The translations under genes and the position numbers were made by a program. A DNA stretch of 64,000 bases, taken from NCBI GenBank assembly GCA_951812755.1, contig OX638329.1, forward strand, positions 6,003,107 to 6,067,106, in the 5' to 3' direction. Positions 55,627 to 64,000 of the stretch are shown one piece after another. The notes under the pieces are model-generated. The model ran no database searches. It was not told where the DNA came from and saw only the letters and a program-made list of their open reading frames with translations. The stretch is from an uncultured Latescibacterota bacterium. Lineage in GTDB: Bacteria; Latescibacterota; UBA2968. Each line of letters opens with the position of its first letter. Positions within the stretch are counted from its first letter, which is position 1.

Positions 55627-57783
55627 TTAGCGAACCACAATGAATTTCTCGATATGAGTGCCCGGAACCTGGGGATCCCTGCTCTCAATATGTGCGAAGT
55701 AGATACCCGACACCAGGAACTGGTTGTTGTCGTTGATCATCAGATCCCACGACAGGTCGCCAGAACCCGCGGTGTGCTCAAACTCCTGAATCAGATCGCC
55801 AGTTATCGAGAAAATACGGATGATCGCGCTCGCAGGCAGATTTACGAATAGTAGTTTATTGGACTGACCCGTAAAATTGAATCCACCTTGCTCTAAATCG
55901 CCGCCCTGAATCTGGAAAGGATTTGGCACAATCCGCACACTCGTAATATCTCGCCCGGGCGCGCGGAATGGACTCACGCCATCCCCCAGAGTGCGGGTGG
56001 CAAAATAACTGCTCTCCAGACCATTGGCATCAACGGCTGTAACCGCGTAATAATACCGCGTACCACGAATCACAGTATTGTCATTGTAGGATGTGCCATT
56101 AACCGTGAAAACATCCCGCAGACCGGGTGGTTTTGTCTGAAAACCCGCCATGCGATAAACCCGGTATGAAGCCGCGCCGGGAACCGCAGCCCAGGAAAGT
56201 TCGTTTTGATCCGGACCAGATGTTATTTCTACCCGTGAGGGCCAATCTGGCGTGGGCGGCAAAACGGGCTGCAAACCAATCACCGAGTTTACCTCGCGGT
56301 TGTTCCACGCCTTGTGCGCCACAGCTACCGCCGCCTTCAGGGAATCCAATCCGCTGTTGAGAAAAGCTTCTTTCTCGTCAAAAGAAATAGAACCTTCCGA
56401 CCACATTCTGCCCACCCGTTTGTTCTCTTCAATAGATGGACCCGTAACAATCCAGGCCGACACAATGTGAATGCTCTCGCCGGGATTCAGTTCGGGCCAG
56501 GGACCAAATGTCACCATCCATTCCCAGTACCCTTGCTGAGATGCCACAGAAGTCGCTATCCCTCTAACGCGCTCGATCCGCTCGGTATTCGACAGCGTGT
56601 AAAAGTCGTGTACAGCCCCCATATCCGCACTATCTGTGGTAATCCAGCTGGCGTCTGGCACCCAGCGGGCAACGCGCGGCTGCCGCATCTCGGGGTCAGG
56701 CTCATTCATATTGTCCAGCCAGTTGTCGGAAAGCGTATTGGGATCGCTCACCGGCGTCTTATCCACGTGCAAGAACACGCGACCTTTGTATTCCGACTCG
56801 AGAAACTCACCCGCATCGACCAATGCCTCGCGGATCTCGTCTAACTTCGGGACACCCGCCGCAGGTGCCGGTTCGCCGCGATCATCGCCATCGGGCCGGG
56901 TACCTGTGCGGTCTGAGGCATTGCCATCGTAGGAATACATCAGCTTGCGTTCGTCATCCCAGTTGTTTACCTCATCGAGAATCCCGTGCTCAATTCCCGC
57001 GTCAAACGGACGCGAATCATTCCCAAAAGTCGGCGTGATGTGGGAACCACCAGAGGGACCGCGATTGGCCGCCTGCATAAACCAGTGGAAGCCGAGATGG
57101 AAATTCTGCAGCATCGGGTTCTTATCGCGGGTTTCCGGACTCAGGTCTGTACCGCGCTCACCGGTGCGCACATCGGGCACGCGGGGATTTTCGGGATATG
57201 TAAAGGTCTCAACCTGAAAAATAATATCCTGGGCTTCGGTATTTGCCCATCGCCACGTCTGAGTTCTCTGGTGGATACCACCAGTATGGACGCGCTGACC
57301 TTCGTGATACACGTCCGAACCCAGCCCGGGAATGACAGCCTCAAACTGGTCGGCGGGTAATCCATCAAAGCGGTCATCAAAAATCGTCCATGCCTCTCGC
57401 TTGATCTCTGAGCCATCCTGAATCAACAGAGGTGGCTGAATGCGAAATGCCTTGGGAGAACCTTTGCCCACCGCATTGAAGAAAGAACCCGAAATATCGG
57501 CAAGGTCATCCGTACCGTCGTTGACGTACTTGCTTATGGTAGTATTGGCGAGTTCTGGAAAATGCGCGGAGTAGCTGGGCATATTGAAATTATCCATAAT
57601 AATCGCTGACCTCAGCCCCCAATTTCGAGCGACCAGGTAGCCGATATCCGGGTTGGTGCGCCCCTCGTTCAGGCCGCCGGGCCAGTGCGTGCCCCAGTTG
57701 CGTCCCGGATTTTGTGCAAAGGCACTTCCCGAAGAGACCAGCAATCCCAGAACCATCAGAAGGGGTACATATCGTCTCATCAT
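55627..57783 (-). CDS. Secreted protein with an FN3-like domain and a T9SS/FlgD-type C-terminal sorting domain
   Basis: Signal peptide. ELSWAAVPGAASYRVYR. C-terminal VPNPF...IRIFSITGDLI...SWDL...SGIYFAHIE. Confidence 0.7.
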   Translation of the reverse strand: MMRRYVPLLMVLGLLVSSGSAFAQNPGRNWGTHWPGGLNEGRTNPDIGYLVARNWGLRSAIIMDNFNMPSYSAHFPELANTTISKYVNDGTDDLADISGSFFNAVGKGSPKAFRIQPPLLIQDGSEIKREAWTIFDDRFDGLPADQFEAVIPGLGSDVYHEGQRVHTGGIHQRTQTWRWANTEAQDIIFQVETFTYPENPRVPDVRTGERGTDLSPETRDKNPMLQNFHLGFHWFMQAANRGPSGGSHITPTFGNDSRPFDAGIEHGILDEVNNWDDERKLMYSYDGNASDRTGTRPDGDDRGEPAPAAGVPKLDEIREALVDAGEFLESEYKGRVFLHVDKTPVSDPNTLSDNWLDNMNEPDPEMRQPRVARWVPDASWITTDSADMGAVHDFYTLSNTERIERVRGIATSVASQQGYWEWMVTFGPWPELNPGESIHIVSAWIVTGPSIEENKRVGRMWSEGSISFDEKEAFLNSGLDSLKAAVAVAHKAWNNREVNSVIGLQPVLPPTPDWPSRVEITSGPDQNELSWAAVPGAASYRVYRMAGFQTKPPGLRDVFTVNGTSYNDNTVIRGTRYYYAVTAVDANGLESSYFATRTLGDGVSPFRAPGRDITSVRIVPNPFQIQGGDLEQGGFNFTGQSNKLLFVNLPASAIIRIFSITGDLIQEFEHTAGSGDLSWDLMINDNNQFLVSGIYFAHIESRDPQVPGTHIEKFIVVR

Positions 57784-57869
57784 AACAGATTATCTCCTGA
57801 AAAAAACAGATTGCAAACCTCCCCGGTTCCTCCATACGAAAGGAACCGGAAGAGGTATTCATCTCAAAA

Positions 57870-60800
57870 TTAGAAGGACCAGCGCACGCCGAGGTGAATA
57901 TCCCGCGGATTGACATAGAACAAGTACGACCGCTGCGACATCACGCTCTCATCCAGTTCCTTACCCGGCTTATCGCCTTCTTGTAAGTTTCCGCTCGCAT
58001 CCACGGTCCAGCCCAATGCCTCCATATACCTCTTAAAGTTATTGCCAGCACTGTCGCCGAGATGGGATCGCGTATCCCATATCCGGGACGTAGAAGTCGT
58101 GGTGACATTTTTGAAGTTGAGCGGGTTGCGAATCTCCAGATAAACCGTTGGTGCCATCTTTACGTCAAACATCTTGGCAAACCGCAAATCCAGAAGTCTG
58201 GTTGACTGCCACTGTGCGTTATCCACAGAGCGCAGTGCCACGTCGTTGGACGGGTTGTAATTGAACCACGAGCCTGCCTGATGGCGGTAATAAAGGTTGG
58301 CTTCCCAGCCGCCCTTCAACATGCGCTGCTCGCCTCCGTAATCCAGCGGCGTGCGGAAATTCAGACCAAACTTCAAAATCGGTCGCGCCTTAAAGCGCGG
58401 ATTTGCACCAGCGGGACTGCTCTCGATCAAGCGGAAGGACGCTGTCGATACAGTCTGTGCATCGTAGATGCGCTCCCAGCGCACGATGCGCCTGCGCTCG
58501 GCGCGGAACTCGTAGGACAAAAAGCCCGTCACAAACTGCCCGCGCGCCTTGCGCACAGACAACTCGAACCCGCGAGTATCTTTCACATTCCCATTCATGT
58601 GGAAGCGCGTACTGCGCCCCGTGGTATTCTGGATATACACTCTTCCCTGTTCCGTGTCCTTCTCGATGTCTTTGAAGAACACCGTGCCGTTGAACAGATA
58701 CTGATTGGCGAAATTCCGCTCGTAGCCCAGTTCATAAGCTATTGTCACGGGCATGTCCAGCCACGGATTGCCAAACCGCTCTAAAGGCTCACCCAAGCCG
58801 CTCTGCGTCTGATACAAATCCACAGATGTCGGAATCTGTGAAAAGTGACCGTAGTTGAAGAACAGCTTGCTCTCGGCAGTAATCGGATGCGATATACCAA
58901 CCCGAGGACTCAGCTTCCACTTTGTGGGCGGGCGCACGGCCTCTGCCTTGGAATACAGCAACACGGCATTGGAGCCCATCCACTCGGCGTGTACCTCGTT
59001 GGGAATGTCGAAGTACTTGTCCGGACGGTGGAAATCCAGGCGCAGACCCGCATTCACCACAATCTGCCGATACTCCATGCGATCCTGCACGAACACGCCG
59101 CCGTAAAGAGGCGTGCGGACCCAGTAATTGTGGAAGTCAGCCGTATCCGTCACTTCCATATTGGGCGGATCATCGACATTGCCCGGACGGAAATTGACGT
59201 CTTCCAGAGTCGGATCCTGTACCGAAGATGCAAAACCGCGGATCTCGCGCAGGAAGAAGTGATGCACCTGCACACCGGCTTTGATCTGGTGATTCGGCGT
59301 TACTTGAGACGTAATATCAAAAGTGTAATCGTCTTCCCATGTATAAGACCAGTCGCCCGAACGCGCCGGGTTGCCGTCGCCACCGCGCATGCGATAAGCA
59401 CCCAGAAGATCGAAGGTTCCGGGCTTATACGTAAAGCCCTTGGGACCTTCGTCCAGGATCACGGCACCTGCGGCCTGAGCCGCCTGATAGCTGCTCTCGG
59501 TAACTTCCTCAACGCGACCATCTGGGTACACCGCTGCTGCGGGCACACCGCGCTTCTGCAAGGGCTGCCACGAAGCCTCAAAGTCGGCCTTGCCCACGCG
59601 CACCGACAGATTGTAAAACGTCCTGGGAGACAGCGTGTGCGTCCACGTCAAAGTGCCATACCGACGGTCAATCGTTTCGATATTGCTGCCCGACCCCATC
59701 GCAAAAATATTCCGCGTACGCAAATTGCTCACTTCAAAAGCAGGCGTGCGGGCAAATGTGCCCAAAAAGTTCCCGTACTTCGCACCCTGAGACCAGCCCT
59801 TCAGGAAACCCAAAGACAGCTTGGTCGTGGCTGTGGGCGTGAAGATCGCCTTGGCCTGCCAGGTATCATCGCGATAATTGGGAACGGTCATTGTCCACGT
59901 ATAAGCCGACTTTTCCCGGCGCGTGGAAAGCAAGAACGACACCTTGTCTTGTACGAGCGGACCGCCAACGGTCACATCGTAGGTATAATCCGCATCGCGG
60001 TCTGTGGCGTCGAAGTTCTGCTGATACGGATAGTCCGCATCTTGCTGAAAAGGACCTATGCCACTGGCTTCGGTCGCGATTCCGCCGACCTTCCGATGCT
60101 GGAAATCCCATATTCCCTTGGCTTGCGCAGGCGTTGAAATCACGTCTTCGAAGGGACCGGCTTTCCATTCGCCAGCAGGTCCACCCTTGTCCGCAAATAT
60201 ATTATTCCAGCCAGCGAAATCCGGATTCCCGTCGCCATCTCTATCAGCCGTCGGCGACATACTCTGGAACCGACCCACATCCCACCAGTTATCGGTGCTG
60301 TACATCGTGGGACCAAAATACTTATTCGCTGCGGGACTCCAGCGCAGGTCGCCAGCCGTGGTCCATGCGCGAGGCTCGCGGTTGACCACGTTGATCACAC
60401 CGCTGCGCACATCGCCGTACTCGGCATTGAACCCGCCCTTCAGAATCTGAACCTCCTGAAGTGCTGTCTTGGAAAAGGACGAATACGGACGGTTATCCCG
60501 GCTGTCTTTCATGCTCACGCCGTCAACCATATAAACGATCTCAGTCTCGTTGCCACCGCGGATATTCAAACCCCAGCTATCCGTATCTATACCCACCTGC
60601 GTGGCAAACGCATCGCGCAACCGGGGTCCCACTGGCGGGGCCTCGATCTCTTTGGCAGACATGATCACCTGCGTATAAGACACATCCATCTCAACCGGTG
60701 GACGCTCTGCCGTCACCGTGATCTCTGCCAACTCTGCCGTTGTCTCGCCAAGCGAGAAATCCAGGGGCGTGGTGCGGTCAATTGAAACCGCCACATCGCG

Positions 60801-61076
60801 CTGCGTCACAGCGCGATAACCCACCAGCGACGCGGTGACTTCATACACGCCCGGATTGACGCGAATGATGAAGTACTCGCCATTGACATCTGCTGTAGCA
60901 CCCATTCTGGTACCCACAATCACCACATTGGCCCCCGGCAGAGGTTCGCCGGTGCCAGCATCGGTAATACGACCCGAAATTTTACCCGTGGTGGTCTGCG
61001 CATCGGCCTGATACGTCAGCCCAAACCCCAGCGCAATGGCAAGCAAGGTTATAAACCCAGCTCTCAAACGATACAT
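57870..61076 (-). CDS. TonB-dependent receptor with an N-terminal carboxypeptidase-regulatory-like domain
   Basis: GKISGRITDAGTGEPLPGANVVIVGT...GEYFI. Plug region. 1068 aa, C-terminal WSF. Confidence 0.85.
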   Translation of the reverse strand: MYRLRAGFITLLAIALGFGLTYQADAQTTTGKISGRITDAGTGEPLPGANVVIVGTRMGATADVNGEYFIIRVNPGVYEVTASLVGYRAVTQRDVAVSIDRTTPLDFSLGETTAELAEITVTAERPPVEMDVSYTQVIMSAKEIEAPPVGPRLRDAFATQVGIDTDSWGLNIRGGNETEIVYMVDGVSMKDSRDNRPYSSFSKTALQEVQILKGGFNAEYGDVRSGVINVVNREPRAWTTAGDLRWSPAANKYFGPTMYSTDNWWDVGRFQSMSPTADRDGDGNPDFAGWNNIFADKGGPAGEWKAGPFEDVISTPAQAKGIWDFQHRKVGGIATEASGIGPFQQDADYPYQQNFDATDRDADYTYDVTVGGPLVQDKVSFLLSTRREKSAYTWTMTVPNYRDDTWQAKAIFTPTATTKLSLGFLKGWSQGAKYGNFLGTFARTPAFEVSNLRTRNIFAMGSGSNIETIDRRYGTLTWTHTLSPRTFYNLSVRVGKADFEASWQPLQKRGVPAAAVYPDGRVEEVTESSYQAAQAAGAVILDEGPKGFTYKPGTFDLLGAYRMRGGDGNPARSGDWSYTWEDDYTFDITSQVTPNHQIKAGVQVHHFFLREIRGFASSVQDPTLEDVNFRPGNVDDPPNMEVTDTADFHNYWVRTPLYGGVFVQDRMEYRQIVVNAGLRLDFHRPDKYFDIPNEVHAEWMGSNAVLLYSKAEAVRPPTKWKLSPRVGISHPITAESKLFFNYGHFSQIPTSVDLYQTQSGLGEPLERFGNPWLDMPVTIAYELGYERNFANQYLFNGTVFFKDIEKDTEQGRVYIQNTTGRSTRFHMNGNVKDTRGFELSVRKARGQFVTGFLSYEFRAERRRIVRWERIYDAQTVSTASFRLIESSPAGANPRFKARPILKFGLNFRTPLDYGGEQRMLKGGWEANLYYRHQAGSWFNYNPSNDVALRSVDNAQWQSTRLLDLRFAKMFDVKMAPTVYLEIRNPLNFKNVTTTSTSRIWDTRSHLGDSAGNNFKRYMEALGWTVDASGNLQEGDKPGKELDESVMSQRSYLFYVNPRDIHLGVRWSF

Positions 61077-61312
61077 AAACTCCTCCTTTGTTTTCTTCCC
61101 CCGGCTTTGGGAAAGATAAGGGAAAAGCCACCCTGGCTCATCCCGCGAAATTACTCCTGTAACTGAGAAAACTACCCACTACAAAACACTATCGATAAGC
61201 CCTTAAACATCACCTCCTTATTAATCCCCTCCCTGTGGTCTTAAAAGCGGGCTTAAATACCCCACCTCCTTTCGGTCTGTGCCTGTTGGTTCTCATTATA
61301 AACTTCTGGATA

Positions 61313-61609
61313 ATTTCCGATAAATCCACCAATCGTTCAATTTAATATCCCACTCAAAGCCTGTCAAGTGTTATACATCAAAATACGCGATATGTAATTT
61401 TCGATCATAACATATTATTTTTCAAAAGGTTAAATTTTAAGCTATCAAAATTTTTCAAAATAACTCGCTGAAATCAAAAAAGTGAGCCAGCGTGCAAACA
61501 AAAATGTCCTGCGATATTCGGCATTTCAGCCATTTCACCTGGTCAAATACCAAATAGAGCTACAACACTTCGTTGCCCTTTATTTCCGATATGTGGATTT
61601 ATCGGAAAT
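61313..61609. repeat. Perfect 17-bp inverted repeats (ATTTCCGATAAATCCAC at 61313-61329, its reverse complement at 61593-61609) flanking a 263-bp AT-rich segment
   Basis: Read directly. A third half-site, ATTTCCGAT, lies at 61582-61590. Minus-strand TTAACC-18 nt-TATGAT lies at 61404-61433 inside the segment. Confidence 0.6.
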
Positions 61610-61717
61610 AAATAGAAAAAAGACTATCGCGCGTCTGATTGATGAATCTAAATCGGATAGCGCAAGCGTCTAATAAAAACCACTTGCTCCACAGGTTTAC
61701 AAAAACAAAAGAGGAAA

Positions 61718-62716
61718 ATGACCACAAAAATTAAAGCACCCACCTCCCAGTCCAGGCACCTGCCCGCCTGCAGATGTTCCGCGCAGACAGGTCACACCGC
61801 ACAGACACTCTCAATGCCCGCGGCTGAACTCGCGCGTGCATCACTCGCTCCTGCTACCATCAGAGCCTATCGGTCTGCGCTTTATGCCTGGGATACATTT
61901 CTCAACGACCGGGCCGAAAGCGATACACTCATCGCCGAATATTTAACGGCGCGATATGAAGCGGGAACCAGCCCAGCTACCTGTACACAAATCGTGGGCG
62001 CAATCCGGTTTCGCGCAAAATACCAGGGCTATATAGATCCCATTGGTCCAGCCGCCCAGCGTGTATTAGCCGGCATACGACGCCGGGGACGAGACCGCGG
62101 ACGGGGGCAAATGGATGGCCTGCGCTGGAATGAAGCAGATACAATGGTACGCATCGCCCAGTGCGACCAGACCCTCGCTGGCCTTCGAGACGCGGCCATC
62201 ATCGCCGTCATGTCTGACGCACTCCTGCGCGTGTCTGAATGCACTGCCCTCAATATCGAAGATCTTTTACAAACCGACCTGCCCGATGGAAGTGCCCGCA
62301 TTACCGTCCGACATTCTAAAACCGATCAGGAAGGGCGCAGCAGCATCCTGTACATTGGGCCGACAACAGCAACGGCAGTGAGGGCCTGGCTAAACGCCTC
62401 CCAAATTGACGATGGTCCCCTATTTCGCCGTGTACGCCGCGGCGACCATCTGGGAAATGGGCGACTGACAGACCGCTCAATCAGGAACATCGTAAAACAG
62501 CGTGCCGCAGCAGCCGGAGTCTCCGGAAGATTCTCAGGGCACTCGCTCCGCATTGGATCGGCGCAGTCCCTCGCAACAGCAGGTGCATCGGTTGTCGAAA
62601 TGCAAATAGCGGGAAGATGGCGCGATACATCTATGCCCGCTCACTATGCCCGCGCTCAACTCGCTGGCACTGGTGCCGTAGCGCGGTTGCGATATGGATG
62701 TGGAAATAAAAAATAA
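61718..62716 (+). CDS. Cre-like tyrosine recombinase/integrase
   Basis: LLRVSE, HSLRIGSAQSLATAGASVVEMQIAGRWRDTSMPAHYAR (R..HxxR..Y catalytic region). AGAGGA RBS. Confidence 0.85.
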   Translation: MTTKIKAPTSQSRHLPACRCSAQTGHTAQTLSMPAAELARASLAPATIRAYRSALYAWDTFLNDRAESDTLIAEYLTARYEAGTSPATCTQIVGAIRFRAKYQGYIDPIGPAAQRVLAGIRRRGRDRGRGQMDGLRWNEADTMVRIAQCDQTLAGLRDAAIIAVMSDALLRVSECTALNIEDLLQTDLPDGSARITVRHSKTDQEGRSSILYIGPTTATAVRAWLNASQIDDGPLFRRVRRGDHLGNGRLTDRSIRNIVKQRAAAAGVSGRFSGHSLRIGSAQSLATAGASVVEMQIAGRWRDTSMPAHYARAQLAGTGAVARLRYGCGNKK

Positions 62717-62740
62717 AGCCCCGCACTATACGGGGCTTTA
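62715..62740 (+). terminator. Hairpin terminator after the recombinase gene
   Basis: AAAGCCCCG-CACTATA-CGGGGCTTT. Confidence 0.5.
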
Positions 62741-62830
62741 TGATGTTGACCATATTCTGGGGTAAATCACTGTCACTCCTGCGAAATCAGGAACCCAGAT
62801 TGCTTTCGAGAATAGTTTTAAGACAATCTC

Positions 62831-63229
62831 TCAGGAAGTACCTAATGCACTCAGAGATTTAAAAACTCCCAGGGCAACAGCGACAAGATAGAACGTGTTT
62901 ATAAGACCTACCGCAATGGCGATTAACCAAACACGCGGCCCACTTGACTTACATTGTAGATCTGGAACATTGATTAAAAATATTAGGATCCCGATTAAAA
63001 AAGCAACAATTGCAGCAACTGTTTCAGAATCAGTATCTGGCCATAGCTTAGTTATGACACCCGATATGATAACGATAGCGGTTGAGGCTACAGGAAATGA
63101 TGTAAGAGTCTGCGGGGTGATGAATACACCGGTTGCCTCTTGCTCTTGGGCACCAGCAGCTACTGCTTGTCCCTTCCGAGCCGGTGCCGATGGTAGTCCT
63201 TTAACAAATAATCTTCTCCACGAGTTCAT
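62831..63229 (-). CDS. Hypothetical multi-TM membrane protein
   Basis: 132 aa with three hydrophobic helices. AT-rich. Confidence 0.45.
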   Translation of the reverse strand: MNSWRRLFVKGLPSAPARKGQAVAAGAQEQEATGVFITPQTLTSFPVASTAIVIISGVITKLWPDTDSETVAAIVAFLIGILIFLINVPDLQCKSSGPRVWLIAIAVGLINTFYLVAVALGVFKSLSALGTS

Positions 63230-63323
63230 AGTTCCCTCCTGCTCTTGATCACAGGTCTTTCATCTGTGTTAATCCGTGTTCATCGGTGGTTGCTTTTGAA
63301 GTCACACATGACGTAATCTATAA

Positions 63324-63554
63324 TCACGGCTTATTAACCCCTGTAATTATGAAATGCACAGGTACACTGACTGATCTTCCCCATTTTTTAATCAAATTCC
63401 GATACTCTGTAGAATCATCTGCCAAGAGGAAGACTAAAGTATCCTGCTCTTGTCCAATTGAGCCTACACCTACGATTGGTCCTTGACCTAAGAAACGCTT
63501 TTCAGCGGTTTTCTTCGCTTCCTCAAAATGACTTTCCAATTCCGCCATATCCAT
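63324..63554 (-). CDS. Hypothetical small protein
   Basis: 76-aa ORF directly downstream of the protease gene. No motif recognised. Confidence 0.35.
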   Translation of the reverse strand: MDMAELESHFEEAKKTAEKRFLGQGPIVGVGSIGQEQDTLVFLLADDSTEYRNLIKKWGRSVSVPVHFIITGVNKP

Positions 63555-63560
63555 ACGATC

Positions 63561-64000
63561 CTATAAGACAATTTTCATACCAAAGTGACCCAAGACTGCT
63601 TCAATTGGGTTTACATAAGTGAGATCTATACCGGAAGCCGTTGCAAATAGAAGTCCAATAACCTTGTTATCCTCGTCAATGATTACCGATCCTGAGTCTC
63701 CTTGCTTTGAAAAGTCCGCCGCCGTAGAACCGATAATAGCCATCTGTCCGTCAAATAAGGCCTTTTGCCCTCCATCATATTCGACTATGACAGAGAGATT
63801 TTTAATATGTAACTCACCATCTGTTCGGCCAGTCATCCACCCTTCTTTCCGAACCCTAATGTTAAAATTCGAGTTTGAAACAATGCCTTTCAATGCTCCA
63901 CATTTTCTTAAACCAGATTCGACGTCAGTCTCATCGTCAGGTTTACAGATAGCAGCATCAATATCGTTACCACTGATTGCCCCAAATTGAATATCCTTAA
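63561..64000 (-). CDS. Trypsin-like (S1/chymotrypsin fold) serine protease, N-terminus beyond the window
   Basis: GDSGSVII active-site Ser motif and NDIDAAI Asp motif. The frame stays open to nt 64000. Confidence 0.7.
   Translation of the reverse strand, partial: KDIQFGAISGNDIDAAICKPDDETDVESGLRKCGALKGIVSNSNFNIRVRKEGWMTGRTDGELHIKNLSVIVEYDGGQKALFDGQMAIIGSTAADFSKQGDSGSVIIDEDNKVIGLLFATASGIDLTYVNPIEAVLGHFGMKIVL

Noticed and set aside
58845-60137. 430-aa + strand ORF, plus smaller ones at 58281-58784 and 59891-60450
   Set aside because: They are antisense shadows of the TonB-dependent receptor gene, with R/H-rich composition typical of reverse frames.
61080-61720. Looked for a tRNA gene as an integration target next to the tyrosine recombinase
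   Set aside because: No cloverleaf-compatible sequence and no GGTTCGAATCC-type T-arm were found.

Overview
The window has two parts. Part 1 (about 1-26 kb) is a composite type III CRISPR-Cas island. It holds a type III-D-like effector module: a cas10 3' fragment cut by the window edge, four Cas7-type RAMP genes, a Csx10-like Cas5, two tandem Cas11-like genes, one unknown gene and a Csx1-like CARF-HEPN gene. An orphan leader fragment with a solitary degenerate repeat follows, then an EcsC-family gene. Next comes a complete type III-A module (HD-cas10/csm1, csm2-5, and a CARF protein with an unassigned C-terminal domain). A single 52-repeat array of 37-nt repeats lies at 17989-21909. No cas6, cas1 or cas2 could be recognised in the window. 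Downstream of the array is an AT-richer 3.8-kb island. It carries vapB with a truncated vapC, a 3-gene operon of small unknown proteins, a possible ncRNA with a clear terminator, and a DUF1232 protein. The island ends at decayed copies of the same CRISPR repeat. Directly after these is a TPR-fused archaeo-eukaryotic primase (PrimPol-like) gene. Part 2 (26-64 kb) looks like ordinary chromosome of an FCB-superphylum-like bacterium. It encodes three Cys-type sulfatases, a GT4 glycosyltransferase, a flavin reductase, an RCK K+ channel, argD-argB-argC-argR, an S9 peptidase, a beta-CASP MBL nuclease, a Uma2 nuclease, a TPR-parvulin lipoprotein and a DUF433/DUF5615 TA pair. It also has a GWxTD protein, a PorV-like OMP, a T9SS cargo protein and a TonB-dependent receptor in one operon. 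The intergenic regions of part 2 are full of several families of short dispersed hairpin repeats. At 61.3-62.7 kb a Cre-like tyrosine recombinase sits next to a 263-bp segment flanked by perfect 17-bp inverted repeats, upstream of the TonB-receptor operon. This may be an invertible promoter. All calls come from reading motifs in the supplied translations and DNA; no database searches were run.
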